From the NCBI GenBank assembly GCA_022839995.1, contig JALHIN010000006.1, positions 9,539-73,538 of the forward strand: DNA of 64,000 nucleotides. Reading direction: 5' to 3'. The DNA is from Synergistota bacterium (lineage in GTDB: Bacteria > Synergistota > Synergistia > Synergistales > 79-D21). The notes under the pieces are model-generated. The model searched no databases. It was not told the DNA's origin and saw nothing but the letters and a program-made list of their open reading frames with translations. Positions 38,075 to 48,415 of this stretch are shown here, in pieces (within the stretch, counting starts at the first letter, position 1; every line of letters begins with the position of its first letter). The position numbers and the translations under genes were made by a program.

Positions 38075-39168
38075 AGCGCCTTTTCCTGGTAGCGGGCGGA
38101 ACGGGTGGACACATCTTCCCGGCCCTTTCTTTCGGTCGCTGGTTGTCCGAAACCGTGGAGAGGCTGGAGATCGTCTATGTTGCTGGAAACAGGCCCCTGG
38201 AAAGGGAAATCTACGGCAGTGCCGGATTGAAGCCGGTTTTCCTTTCCTGCGAAGGATCGCCGGTGGGAACGCGGGGATGGGCCGCAGCAAACCGGTGGCT
38301 GCAGGTTGCGAGGGCGTTCGGGGAAATGGTTCGCTTGTTCAGGGAAAGACCTCCATCGGCCTGTGTCCTGTTCGGGGGATATATTTCCTTCCCCGCACTG
38401 GTTGTGGGAAAGATGTTCGGGATCCCCCTGATCGTTCACGAGCAGAATGCCGTCGCCGGGCGTGTCACTCGTATGGGGGTTCGGTTCGGGGCGAAACTCC
38501 TGACTGGGTGGCGAACTTGCCATCCGTTCAGAAAGAACCGGTACGTAGAGGTCGGAACCCCGATTCGGGCCATGAGGCGTTTGCCTCGCCGGGAAGCTTG
38601 GAATAAACTAAACTTGGGTGATTTCCCCGGCGGGAAGAATTGCCTTGTGCTCGGCGGCTCCCTGGGAAGCCGCTCCCTCCAGGAAAAGGTTGGAGAAATT
38701 TCCGGGCTTGCCGATTTTCGGGGATGGAACTTTCTTGTCGTTGGACAGGAAAAAGGGGATAATCACCTGTCGGAAAGAGTCTGGGGGATACCGCGCCGCT
38801 GGGACATGGAAACGCTCTACTCCCTTGCGGATGTTGCCATCGCCAGGGGAGGCGCGTCGACCTTGTCCGAACTGCGTGCCTGGGCGATCCCGGCCCTGGT
38901 TGTTCCCTGGCCGGATTCTCGGGACGATCACCAGTCCGCCAATGCGAGAGCTTTCTGCGAGGTCGGACAGGGACTGGTCTGGGATGAGGTGCTGGAGGGC
39001 AGGACGGAGTTTGTTTCAAAGCTTCACCAGCTGGGGTCAATGGATCCAATGGGCGAAAAAAGCCACTCGGATCCGGGAGTCGCGGCAGAGCGGATCAATC
39101 GGAGCGTTCTTAGGGAAATCCTCAGGACTCTTGAAGGGAGAGACGGGAAATGGATGGACTCAAACTGA
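38071..39168 (+). CDS. murG: undecaprenyldiphospho-muramoylpentapeptide beta-N-acetylglucosaminyltransferase
   Basis: MKRLFLVAGGTGGHIFPAL N-terminus. ATGA overlap with the ftsW stop. An alternative ATG lies at 38056. Confidence 0.92.
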   Translation: MKRLFLVAGGTGGHIFPALSFGRWLSETVERLEIVYVAGNRPLEREIYGSAGLKPVFLSCEGSPVGTRGWAAANRWLQVARAFGEMVRLFRERPPSACVLFGGYISFPALVVGKMFGIPLIVHEQNAVAGRVTRMGVRFGAKLLTGWRTCHPFRKNRYVEVGTPIRAMRRLPRREAWNKLNLGDFPGGKNCLVLGGSLGSRSLQEKVGEISGLADFRGWNFLVVGQEKGDNHLSERVWGIPRRWDMETLYSLADVAIARGGASTLSELRAWAIPALVVPWPDSRDDHQSANARAFCEVGQGLVWDEVLEGRTEFVSKLHQLGSMDPMGEKSHSDPGVAAERINRSVLREILRTLEGRDGKWMDSN

Positions 39169-40601
39169 GCCATGACCGGATCAGGAACGTCCACCTGCTT
39201 GGAATTGGAGGTTCGGGAATGAGTGGGCTGGCGGCGCTTCTTTCCGAACTTGGATTTGAGGTTTCAGGGTGCGATATGTCTCATTCCTACTATATGGAAA
39301 AGCTTCTGGCCCGGAAGGTGGAGTGTGTCCTGGGACACGACCCTGCGCACCTGGACCGGTATTGTCCGGATCTCCTCATTTACAGCAGCGCGATCCCCGA
39401 GCGAAATGAGGAACTGATCGAGGCCGGAAGGAGGGGAATCCAGATCGCGAGGCGGGCGGAGGTCCTCAGCTCGCTTTTCAACGAGCGGTTTGGAGTCGGC
39501 ATCGCCGGAACCCACGGGAAGACGACCACTTCGTCGATGACGGCCCTGATTCTCGACCGGGCCGGCTTGAAGCCCACCGTTGCGATCGGCGGGGAAGTCT
39601 GCGACATCGGGGCCAACGCAAGGCTGGGAGCCGGCCTTCCGATGGTCGCCGAGCTGGACGAGAGCGACGGTTCATTCGAGCTTTTCCGGACGAACGTTTC
39701 CGTCATTACCAACGTGGATTGGGATCACGTAGATCATTACCGGACGAGGGAAGAGGTCGAAAAGGCCTTCAACCGCTTCCTCAACAACAGGAAGAAGGAT
39801 TCATCCATCGTCATTTGCGGCGAAGACCCGGGCGCAGCGAGGCTGATCGAACAGAATCGCGCTTCCGGTTTCGACGGTTCTCTCATGACCTACGGCTGGG
39901 GCTCCGGGTGGGATTGGGGAGCGGTTGATGTCAAACATATCCCCGGCGGGGGAGTGTCGTTCAACGTCCTTCAACATGGCAGGCTCAAGGGATCGATGAC
40001 CCTCAAGGTCTCGGGAGAACATAACGTCCTGAATGCACTGGCAGCCTGTGCCGCATCCTCCTGCATGAACGTTCCCTTTGAGACGGCCAGTGAAGCACTG
40101 AAAGCGTTCAAGGGGGCAAAGCGCCGTCTTCAGTACATGGGCTCCGTGGGGGAAGTCGACCTGTATGACGATTATGGCCATCACCCAAGAGAAGTCGCCG
40201 CAACTCTCCGTGCAGTCCGGTCGATCTTTCCCGGCCGACGGATCGTCACCCTTTTCCAGCCGCATCGTTATACTCGAACCGCTGCCCTTTACAGCGACTT
40301 TGCCGATGCGTTGAACCACTCGGATCGCCTTTTCCTCTTGCCCATCTATGCAGCAGACGAAAATCCGATCCCCGGGGTTTCCTCGGATCTGATCGGCCAG
40401 GCAATGATCGAAAAGGGTGCCCAGCATGTGACGATGTGCACGGACATCGCGGAAGCCGTCGAACGCATCGCCAGAGAGGCCCGGCCGGACGACCTGGTCC
40501 TCACGCTGGGCGCCGGCAATGTCAATTCGGCTTGTGAGCAGCTGATGAGCCGTCTCGAACAGCAAGAGCCCATTCCCGATGCAATGGCCTGCAGCGCTTG
40601 A
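39150..40601 (+). CDS. murC: UDP-N-acetylmuramate--L-alanine ligase
   Basis: HLLGIGGSGMSGLA and GTHGKTTTSSM motifs. Confidence 0.95.
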   Translation: MDGLKLSHDRIRNVHLLGIGGSGMSGLAALLSELGFEVSGCDMSHSYYMEKLLARKVECVLGHDPAHLDRYCPDLLIYSSAIPERNEELIEAGRRGIQIARRAEVLSSLFNERFGVGIAGTHGKTTTSSMTALILDRAGLKPTVAIGGEVCDIGANARLGAGLPMVAELDESDGSFELFRTNVSVITNVDWDHVDHYRTREEVEKAFNRFLNNRKKDSSIVICGEDPGAARLIEQNRASGFDGSLMTYGWGSGWDWGAVDVKHIPGGGVSFNVLQHGRLKGSMTLKVSGEHNVLNALAACAASSCMNVPFETASEALKAFKGAKRRLQYMGSVGEVDLYDDYGHHPREVAATLRAVRSIFPGRRIVTLFQPHRYTRTAALYSDFADALNHSDRLFLLPIYAADENPIPGVSSDLIGQAMIEKGAQHVTMCTDIAEAVERIAREARPDDLVLTLGAGNVNSACEQLMSRLEQQEPIPDAMACSA

Positions 40602-41502
40602 AAGAAAGCTGAATTGCGCTCTTGAACCGCAGGTCCCTCTTGCTCCCCTGACGACCTGGAAGGCAGGAGGCAACGCAGAAATGTTTTTGGCCCCGCGTAA
40701 TGCCGAAGAGGCACACGGGGCTTTTGCCTTTTGCCGGGAAGAAGGCGTGCCGGTCTGGATGATTGGGGGAGGCAGCAACATCCTGGTTCACCCGGCGGGG
40801 CTTCCCGGACTGACCCTCTGGATGGGGAAGATTAACCGCTTTTCCTGCCTTCCGCGAAAAGATGGATCATTCCTTCTCGAAGCCGATGCGGGATGTTCGA
40901 CCCGCCGCCTGCTTCACTTCTGCCTCACCTACGGGTTCTCCGGCCTGGAATTCGCAACCGGCATCCACGGTAGCATCGGGGGGGCCCTCATGTGCAATGC
41001 CGGAGCGGGCGAGGATTCCATCGGAGAGAGAGTCGAGTGGGTGGAAGCAGTGGAGGGAGACGGAACGCTACGCCGCTGGGACTCCCGTGAACTTTCCTTC
41101 CGGTATAGGTTCAGTTCCCTGCGGGACGGGGTTCGCTTGGTCACCCGCTGTGGGCTTAGGCTCCTGAAAGAAAACCGGGATCTCATCCGAGAGAGGGTCC
41201 AGGGGTTCTGGTCCCTTCGAAAGGGACAACCTCACGGGGCCAAGACGGCGGGCTGCGTTTTCAAGAATCCGGGATCGGGAAGGGAACCCGCAGGGTTGTT
41301 GCTGGACCGGTCGGGATGCAAGGGCATGAGGATCGGGAATGCAAGGGTTTCCCCCCTCCATGCGAATTTTATCGAAAACAGCGGTTCAGCGAGCGCAAGC
41401 GAGATCTGGGAATTAATCCTGGCTTGCCGGCGGAAAGTCTACGAAGCGAGCGGCATCTGGCTGGAACTGGAGGTGAACCTGCTCGGTGGCCCGTGGGACT
41501 AA
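40579..41502 (+). CDS. murB: UDP-N-acetylenolpyruvoylglucosamine reductase
   Basis: FAD-binding PCMH domain (PLAPLTTWKAGG, IGGGSNILV) and C-terminal HANFIEN. Confidence 0.93.
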   Translation: MQWPAALERKLNCALEPQVPLAPLTTWKAGGNAEMFLAPRNAEEAHGAFAFCREEGVPVWMIGGGSNILVHPAGLPGLTLWMGKINRFSCLPRKDGSFLLEADAGCSTRRLLHFCLTYGFSGLEFATGIHGSIGGALMCNAGAGEDSIGERVEWVEAVEGDGTLRRWDSRELSFRYRFSSLRDGVRLVTRCGLRLLKENRDLIRERVQGFWSLRKGQPHGAKTAGCVFKNPGSGREPAGLLLDRSGCKGMRIGNARVSPLHANFIENSGSASASEIWELILACRRKVYEASGIWLELEVNLLGGPWD

Positions 41503-42337
41503 AAGGGGAGGCCCGGGCCGAAAGCTCCTGGTGCTTGCCCTTTTTTTCGGCATCCTCTGCGGGCTGGAAAACCATTACCAACTTCTCCGGCTGGTCGAGC
41601 TGACCATCGAGCCGCCGGAAAGCCTGCCCGACAGCGTCTTGTGGAGTTCGATCGGGAGCCTTTCAAGACGTTTCTGGGTTATCCCCGTGATGAGAAGAGC
41701 TTCGATCGCCCGCGAACTGCAGGAACGCTATCCTGCAGAGATCAGGGTTACGAGCCCCGGGTGGGGGCGCATCGGGATTACCGTGAGGCCCTACCTCCCC
41801 TGGCTTTCCATTTCGTACGAGGGAAAACAATACGTCCTTTCCCTCGAAGGGTTTATCTGGCCCAAAGGATTCTCGGTTGGAGGAGTGAAGCTTCCTGCGG
41901 TAGGGGACCGTTTGCCGGCCTGGGAATGGGAGAAGGGGCTCCTGAATCCGTTTACCGATCCAAATCGGCGGGATTCGGCCGTACAGAAATCCGCCCTTCC
42001 GATCGCGGAAATCGGGCGATGGGAGCAGGGGCTGGCAGAGAAGACCTGGCTGGGGAACCGGGTTCGGACGATGGTTTCCGCAAGGGGCGGACAGCGGGTT
42101 TTGAAGGTGATTGCGCAAAGGAACAATCAAAGGATACAATTGGAATTGAAGGACGATCCAAAAGAATGGGAAGCGGTGTTTGCCGCGGTACGCCGGATCC
42201 TAGGGGATCCGGATTTGTCGAAACAGGGGACATTGCTGATCGATGCGACCTACGAAGGAAAGATCGTTGCACGGATTGTTCCTCCTGACGGAACGGACGG
42301 AAAGCGGCTAAGGCCGGAAGGGAGCGAATCGAATTGA
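41486..42337 (+). CDS. ftsQ: cell division protein FtsQ/DivIB-like
   Basis: Basic N-terminus, one TM (LLVLALFFGILCGL), then a POTRA-like segment. It holds the canonical slot between murB and ftsA. Confidence 0.75.
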   Translation: MARGTKRGGPGRKLLVLALFFGILCGLENHYQLLRLVELTIEPPESLPDSVLWSSIGSLSRRFWVIPVMRRASIARELQERYPAEIRVTSPGWGRIGITVRPYLPWLSISYEGKQYVLSLEGFIWPKGFSVGGVKLPAVGDRLPAWEWEKGLLNPFTDPNRRDSAVQKSALPIAEIGRWEQGLAEKTWLGNRVRTMVSARGGQRVLKVIAQRNNQRIQLELKDDPKEWEAVFAAVRRILGDPDLSKQGTLLIDATYEGKIVARIVPPDGTDGKRLRPEGSESN

Positions 42338-43659
42338 AAGACGAACCCGATCTTCTGGTCGGTCTGGACCTGGGAACAACGAAAATCGCGGTGGTCGTCG
42401 CGGAAGTGGACTCTCGTACCGGCGAGGCCCAGATCATCGGTGTCGGCGAGTCCCCTTCCATGGGAATCCGCAAAGGGATGATCGTGAACCTGGACCAGGC
42501 AACCCGAGCCATCCAGGCTGCGGTTGAAGATGCCGAGAGCATGGTTGGGCTGGGGATCGAAGAAGTCGCGGTGGCCTTCTCCGGAGCAGAATCGGCGAGC
42601 GTTCGAACGCGGGGAATGATCTCTCTCGGTCGTTCCGCTAGACAAGTGATGATCGAAGACGTAGACCGAATCATCGAGGCTGCGCAATCGGAGATCGCCG
42701 TTCCTTTGAATCGCTGCATCCTCCACACGATCCCTGTCGAATATACACTGGATGGGCATCCTGGGATCGACGACCCCTTGGACATGACGGGAGTCAGGCT
42801 TGAGGTGGAACTCCAGTCGATCATCGTTCCGACGGCCGTGATCCAGAATGTCGTGAACTGCGTGAGCAAGGCCGGGCTGGATGTCACCGGGCTGGTCATG
42901 AAGCCCCTTGCAAGTTCCCTGGGATGCCTTTCCAACGAAGAAGCCATGGCAGGGGTCGCTGTTGTCGATTTGGGCGGGGGGACTACGGGGGTCTCGGTTT
43001 TTTCCGAGGGAAGGCCAAGGAGGCTTTCTGTCATTCCTGTGGGAGGCGACCATATCACCAACGATCTGGCCTGTGTGCTGAGGATTCCGATCAGCCGCGC
43101 AGATGTCCTGAAAAAAAGCGTTTCCCTTTCACCGGAAAGCTTCGGGCAAAACGAAAAGATCGAAATCGAAAGCATGGGGAAGATCCTGTCCTTCAGCACC
43201 CGTGAAGTGGTTGAGGTCATCGCCTGCCGGCTTGACGAACTCTTTTCCTCCCTGGTGGAAAACGAACTGAAGGAATCCGGTGTTTCCATGCTGCCGGGTG
43301 GAATTGTTCTGACCGGAGGAGTTTCAAGGTTGGCCGGTCTGGATGCCTACGTGTCGAGACTGCTCGACTTGCCCGTTCGGGTTGCCGGGCCCCTTGACGC
43401 CGGCCGTATGCCTCCCGGTATGGACAGCGAAGAATACGCCAGTGGAGCCGGGATCATTAGGTACGTCCTGGAGAAGGAGCGGAATCCCTACCGGTACATC
43501 GAATCGGACCTCCCTCTTGAAGGATCCGTTTCAGGAGGCCGGATCAGGCGTACGGGCAGGGGAGGCATCAATGCCGGGAACGGAAAGAAACGAGCCGGGA
43601 ACGGGGCACTCAAAGCCGTGATGGAAAATATCCGGAAATCCGTGAAGGATTTGTTTTGA
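42334..43659 (+). CDS. ftsA: cell division protein FtsA
   Basis: Actin-fold motifs VGLDLGTTKIAVVVAE and VVDLGGGTTGVSVF. The TTG start overlaps the ftsQ stop (TTGA). Confidence 0.93.
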   Translation: MKDEPDLLVGLDLGTTKIAVVVAEVDSRTGEAQIIGVGESPSMGIRKGMIVNLDQATRAIQAAVEDAESMVGLGIEEVAVAFSGAESASVRTRGMISLGRSARQVMIEDVDRIIEAAQSEIAVPLNRCILHTIPVEYTLDGHPGIDDPLDMTGVRLEVELQSIIVPTAVIQNVVNCVSKAGLDVTGLVMKPLASSLGCLSNEEAMAGVAVVDLGGGTTGVSVFSEGRPRRLSVIPVGGDHITNDLACVLRIPISRADVLKKSVSLSPESFGQNEKIEIESMGKILSFSTREVVEVIACRLDELFSSLVENELKESGVSMLPGGIVLTGGVSRLAGLDAYVSRLLDLPVRVAGPLDAGRMPPGMDSEEYASGAGIIRYVLEKERNPYRYIESDLPLEGSVSGGRIRRTGRGGINAGNGKKRAGNGALKAVMENIRKSVKDLF

Positions 43660-43689
43660 CCATTCTGGATCCTGCAGGAGGCGAACGGC

Positions 43690-44880
43690 ATGGCCGACAT
43701 TTTTGAAATTGAGAAAGCGAGCCGTCCATTCAGGGAAGTCATCAAGGTGATGGGAATCGGCGGTGGCGGAAACAACGCGCTGAACCATATCGCTCGTAGC
43801 GGGCTTGTCGGCGTGGAGTTCGTTGGAGCCAATACGGACATGGCACACCTTCAGACCTCGGAAGCGGATGTACGGATCGTCCTGGGGAAGGAATTGACCC
43901 GAGGCCTCGGAGCGGGGGCGGATCCAGAGGTCGGGATGAAGGCTGCGAAGGAATCCAGGGAAGAGATTCGCCAAATCCTCGAGGGAACCGATATGGTTTT
44001 TCTGACGGCCGGAATGGGAGGCGGAACCGGAACGGGGTCGACCCCGGTCATCGCGGAAGTTGCGAAGGAAATGGGGGTTCTTGTCGTTGCGGTCGTCACC
44101 CGCCCCTTCTCCTTCGAGGGCAAGAAACGGCTCTTGCAGGCGAAAGCCGGGATCGAAAACCTGAAAGACAAGGTAGACGCCCTGATCGTCATTCCCAATG
44201 ACAAGCTGCTGGAGATTTCCGATTGCAAAACGGCCCTTTGCGATGCCTTCCGGTTGGCGGATGACGTTTTGAGGCAGGCCGTGCAGGGCGTAACCGACCT
44301 GATTTTCCGCCCCGGCCTGGTGAACGTGGACTTTGCCGATGTCCGTACGGTCATGAGCAATGCGGGTTCAGCGATCATGGGGATCGGCGAGGCGGAAGGG
44401 GAGAGTAGGGCAGAAATCGCGGCGAGGGCAGCAATCAATAGCCCCTTGATGGAAACTCAGATGGCCGGAGCAAAGGGAGTCCTGTTCAACGTGACGGGAG
44501 GTCCGAGCCTGGGGATCCACGAGATCAACCAGGCTGCCAACGTGATTACCGAGGCAGCGGACGAGGATGCGACAATCATCTGGGGCAACGTGGTCGATCC
44601 TTCGATGGGGGAGAAGATACAGATAACGGTCATCGCGACCGGTTTTTCGGAACAGGCTGTCGTTCCTGTCCAAACCCGAAAGATCGAGACTGTCCGCAGG
44701 ACTGCAACACCTCAACCGGTTCAGGCGGCAACCCCCCGAGTCAAGAAGAACCGGATCGATCTCGAAGAGGCCGAGGTGCGGTCTTCTTCACAGGAAGAGG
44801 ACCTTTTCAAGATCAGCGGAGTGCCGACGAACCACCTGGATATCCCTTCCGTTATCCGACGGCGGAAGGCTGGAGACTGA
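43690..44880 (+). CDS. ftsZ: cell division protein FtsZ
   Basis: [11 protein letters not shown], the tubulin signature [14 protein letters not shown], and a C-terminal conserved peptide DIPSVIRRR. Confidence 0.98.
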   Translation: MADIFEIEKASRPFREVIKVMGIGGGGNNALNHIARSGLVGVEFVGANTDMAHLQTSEADVRIVLGKELTRGLGAGADPEVGMKAAKESREEIRQILEGTDMVFLTAGMGGGTGTGSTPVIAEVAKEMGVLVVAVVTRPFSFEGKKRLLQAKAGIENLKDKVDALIVIPNDKLLEISDCKTALCDAFRLADDVLRQAVQGVTDLIFRPGLVNVDFADVRTVMSNAGSAIMGIGEAEGESRAEIAARAAINSPLMETQMAGAKGVLFNVTGGPSLGIHEINQAANVITEAADEDATIIWGNVVDPSMGEKIQITVIATGFSEQAVVPVQTRKIETVRRTATPQPVQAATPRVKKNRIDLEEAEVRSSSQEEDLFKISGVPTNHLDIPSVIRRRKAGD

Positions 44881-44905
44881 CCGGTCGGAGGGGGGCGCCG
44901 GCGGT

Positions 44906-46411
44906 TTGAAGGGATATAGGCGGCTTCCTCCCTATCGTGAAGCTGCCCGGTTCGGCAGAGATTGGGAACCCGTCACCCAAAACGAGGTCAATGTGCTTCC
45001 GCTGCCGCGGGGGGGCGATCCCTCCTGGGCTCTGGTTTTTCCTTCGGATTACGGAACGGGGATTGCGAACCTCGGCTTTCATTACGCGTTTTACCATTTA
45101 AAAAAGTTGGGGGTTGGCGTAGAGCGTTTTTTTCTTTCGCCGATCCTCAACCTTTCCTTGGAGAGCCGCCGTCCCCTGCAGGACTTTCCTATCATCACGG
45201 CGAGTCTCGCCTATGAGCCGGATGCCCTGAACTTTCTTGAAATACTGGCCAAGGCTGGAATCCCGCCAAGGGCAAAAGAGCGAAAGCAAGGAAGGTTCCC
45301 GCTGATCGGAGCGGCGGGGGCTTTTACTTCGATAAACCCGGCGATGTTGCTCGCCGTTGCCGATTTTATCGTGCTCGGGGATGGGGAGCCTGTTATTCCC
45401 CATCTTGTCGGCTGTTTCCGGGGCCAACCTCATGGAGAGGACGGCCGAGATTCGATCCTGGAAGCCCTAGACGAGCACCCTTCCATCCTGGTTCCGGCCT
45501 TGGGTGAGGAGAGGGCGCTTGAGTTTCTCAAAAACGGGACAAAACGAGTCGCAAAGACGCCCTGCCAACAAACCCTGGGACACGGCATCTGGATTTCTCC
45601 GAACTCGGTCTTTGGAAGGACCCTTCTCCTTGAGCTGCAAAGAGGGTGTGCTCGGGGGTGCCCCTATTGCGTTTTGCCTTCCTGCTTTTCGCCCCTCAGG
45701 CAGAGGCCGGTCGAAACGGTAATTGAAACCGTTGAACGTCTTGCCCCGGTGGTTCCTTTTACCCAGGTGGGGCTAGTTACCCCGGAAGCGGGGGATTATC
45801 CGGGGCTGGAACCGTTGCTTGATACCCTTGAAAGGCTGAAGAAAGGGGTTTCGTTTGCCTCCCTGAGGATCGACAACCTGACGAGGAGGATGGTAAAAGC
45901 ACTGAGGGGTTCGCGGCGAGAAAGCCTCACCATCGCACCGGAAGCGGGGTCGGACCGGTTGCGGTTGCGGTGCGGAAAAGCCTTCACAAACATGCAGATT
46001 CTCGACAAGCTTGAAATGGCGTCCAGCGAAGGGATACGAAAAGTGAAACTCTACTTCATGGTAGGGTTACCGACAGAAACGGAAGAGGATCTCATTGCGA
46101 TCGCCACTCTTGCGGAATCGATCCGGAAAGAATTGCGCCTTGCGGTTTCGCTTTCCGTGAACGTCTTTGTTCCCAAGCCGGGAACGCCATGGGAAACCCA
46201 GTCCTTCGTCGGAACCGCGGAGGCAGAGAGTCGGTGTCGCATCTTGAAATCCGCGATCTCGGGAAAATTGGGCAGGAGCTGCGATGTCCGATTTTCGAGC
46301 CTGCGGGAAGCCGAGTTGGAATATCGACTCTCCTGGGGCGGCCCTGAAATCCTGGATTTGATGGAAACCCTTGTTGAAAAAAGAAAAGGGGGGAAAACCA
46401 ATGCTTCCTGA
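44906..46411 (+). CDS. radical SAM protein with N-terminal B12-binding-like/flavodoxin-like region (uncharacterised family, TIGR03960-like by recollection)
   Basis: CxxxCxxC cluster motif CARGCPYC. The N-terminal ALVFPSDYGTGIANLGFHYAFYHL resembles the family signature. TTG start; an alternative in-frame GTG lies downstream. Confidence 0.85.
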   Translation: MKGYRRLPPYREAARFGRDWEPVTQNEVNVLPLPRGGDPSWALVFPSDYGTGIANLGFHYAFYHLKKLGVGVERFFLSPILNLSLESRRPLQDFPIITASLAYEPDALNFLEILAKAGIPPRAKERKQGRFPLIGAAGAFTSINPAMLLAVADFIVLGDGEPVIPHLVGCFRGQPHGEDGRDSILEALDEHPSILVPALGEERALEFLKNGTKRVAKTPCQQTLGHGIWISPNSVFGRTLLLELQRGCARGCPYCVLPSCFSPLRQRPVETVIETVERLAPVVPFTQVGLVTPEAGDYPGLEPLLDTLERLKKGVSFASLRIDNLTRRMVKALRGSRRESLTIAPEAGSDRLRLRCGKAFTNMQILDKLEMASSEGIRKVKLYFMVGLPTETEEDLIAIATLAESIRKELRLAVSLSVNVFVPKPGTPWETQSFVGTAEAESRCRILKSAISGKLGRSCDVRFSSLREAELEYRLSWGGPEILDLMETLVEKRKGGKTNAS

Positions 46412-47159
46412 ATCCGAAGAATGGGAATTGGGGGATGACGAGGCGAACCCCGAGGGGGTGCCCCCGCGTCCGCAGAGGCGTCTACCTTCGCGAAGGAACC
46501 GCAGGAGCCGATCCCGCCGAACGAGTTTCGGTTTCGGCCACTTCATGCTTCCAATTGTAGGTCTCGTGGCTGTCGGAGTTCTTGTTCTCGGAATCCGCCT
46601 TTTCTTCTTCCCGTCTGCCAAGGTCGAAACTCTTCCGATTGTTGCGGAACAGACAGTTGAAAGCGGTTCCGTGACGGTTCAGGAAGGGAGCCGTGCTCCC
46701 TTAAGCGGAGAAGCGGAAGAAACGGTGGTGGCAGTTCCGGAAGGGAGTCCGTTGCCGAAATCGGAATCGACTTCGAAGCCGAAGCCAGCTCAGGAAAAAC
46801 CGGTTGTCAAACCGGTCGCCGTCAAAACCGGAGGAAAACCGGCTGCCGTGTCGGAACCGCAAACGTCGCCGGCCAAGACTGAAACCGAGAAACTGGGCAC
46901 CCAAACAGGAACGGGAGCGGCCGGAAAAGAAACCTGGGGCGTGCAGGTCGGAGCCTTCAAGGAACGCGGGAATGCGGAAAACCTGGTCAAGAAGCTTCGG
47001 CAGGAAGGCTTCAAGGTTGGTACGATCGAGGCGGCAAACGGGGAAACACCGTTGACGAAAGTCGTAGTCCAGGCCGGGAATGAGCGTCTGGCGGCCGAAA
47101 AGCTAGCGAAAGAGCTGGGCGATAAAGGCTATCCCGTTCTGATCGTAAGGACTCGTTGA
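46401..47159 (+). CDS. bitopic SPOR-domain (septal peptidoglycan-binding) protein
   Basis: Acidic/basic N-terminus, one TM (MLPIVGLVAVGVLVLGI), a Pro/Lys/Glu-rich linker and a C-terminal SPOR fold (WGVQVGAFKERGNAENLVKKLRQEGF...). ATG 46401 overlaps the radical SAM stop by 11 nt. Confidence 0.8.
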   Translation: MLPESEEWELGDDEANPEGVPPRPQRRLPSRRNRRSRSRRTSFGFGHFMLPIVGLVAVGVLVLGIRLFFFPSAKVETLPIVAEQTVESGSVTVQEGSRAPLSGEAEETVVAVPEGSPLPKSESTSKPKPAQEKPVVKPVAVKTGGKPAAVSEPQTSPAKTETEKLGTQTGTGAAGKETWGVQVGAFKERGNAENLVKKLRQEGFKVGTIEAANGETPLTKVVVQAGNERLAAEKLAKELGDKGYPVLIVRTR

Positions 47160-47188
47160 AACACACAAGGCGGGTGGAGGTTCTTAGG

Positions 47189-48415
47189 ATGTCCGGTTTT
47201 GCAAAAGAACTGATCTCGAGAAAAGAAGCGATTGAACACGTGGCCGAGGCGTTGGGGTTTCCCTGGCCCTTGAAAACCCGCTCCGTCCCTCTGCAGGAAG
47301 CGATGGGGAAGAGATGCGGTTTGAACCTGGTGTCGCCGGTAGATTATCCTCCCTTCACCCGCAGTACTCGAGACGGTTATGCCTTAAGGTCGGAGGATGT
47401 GGCTGGTGCCTCTGACACGGCTCCGGTGTTCCTTCGGATCACCGGGGAGATCCTGATGGGAGAGCAGACCGAGAAGCGAGTCGCGGAAGGGGAGTGTGTT
47501 CTCGTCCACACGGGGGGAATGATTCCCGAGGGAGCCGATGCGGTTGTCATGGTGGAGGACACGGTGCAGGCAGGAGCCTGGCTGGAAGTTCGAAAGGCTC
47601 TCCAGTCGGGTGAGAATCTCGTTTTCCGCGGGGAGGAAATCCGGCAAAACGAAGTGATCCTGAGTGCGGGTGATCTCGTGGATGACCGGAATGTCGGAAT
47701 TCTGGCGACCTTGGGGATCTGTACGGTTGAACGCCTCGACCTGAAGATAGGCATCCTCTCGACGGGGGATGAGATCGTTCCCGCCGAAACGCCTGTTCTT
47801 CCTCCTGGGAAGATCAGGGACGCGAATGCCTGGTTCCTGGAATTCCTCTTGGCACGGTACGGTTTCCAGGCAAAACGCCTCGGGATCGTGCCGGACATCC
47901 GGGACCGGCTTGGAGAAGCGGTCCGGGAATCCATGGAAGAAAACGACATCGTTCTTTTGAGCGGGGGTTCCTCGGTGAGCGTCAGGGATTTCTGTTCAGA
48001 GATCATGGAAAATCTGCCTCCTCCAGGGCTCCTCGTGAGGGGGATCAACATGAACCCCGGAAAACCGGCTCTCATCGCCGGCTGTATGCCGGAGAGGAGG
48101 CTGCTTTTGGGGCTGCCGGGACATCCCCTCTCCTGTTCCGTCGTTGCGATCACCCTTTTACTCCCGTTGCTTTCGGCACTGGCAGGGGCTCAAAGTCCGC
48201 TGAAAACCTCGGAGGCGGTTTTGGCCGGTGACCTTTTCGGGAAAGCGGGTACGGAAGAATTCGTTCCTGCCTTCCTTTCAGGGGGGCAAGCCAAGCCCAT
48301 GCCGGGTAAATCCGGGTACGTTTCCGTTCTGAAGAATGCGAACGCTCTTGTGCGCCTTGCGGAAAACGAGGAAACGCGCAGGAAGGGAGAGAGAGTGGAG
48401 GTTTTGCAATGGTAA
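47189..48415 (+). CDS. moeA: molybdopterin molybdotransferase MoeA
   Basis: MoeA domains: PFTRSTRDGYAL, VHTGGMIPEGADAVVMVE, LSTGDEI, LSGGSSV and PGKP. ATG 47189 follows GGTGGAGG; the track ORF begins at TTG 47156. Confidence 0.9.
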   Translation: MSGFAKELISRKEAIEHVAEALGFPWPLKTRSVPLQEAMGKRCGLNLVSPVDYPPFTRSTRDGYALRSEDVAGASDTAPVFLRITGEILMGEQTEKRVAEGECVLVHTGGMIPEGADAVVMVEDTVQAGAWLEVRKALQSGENLVFRGEEIRQNEVILSAGDLVDDRNVGILATLGICTVERLDLKIGILSTGDEIVPAETPVLPPGKIRDANAWFLEFLLARYGFQAKRLGIVPDIRDRLGEAVRESMEENDIVLLSGGSSVSVRDFCSEIMENLPPPGLLVRGINMNPGKPALIAGCMPERRLLLGLPGHPLSCSVVAITLLLPLLSALAGAQSPLKTSEAVLAGDLFGKAGTEEFVPAFLSGGQAKPMPGKSGYVSVLKNANALVRLAENEETRRKGERVEVLQW

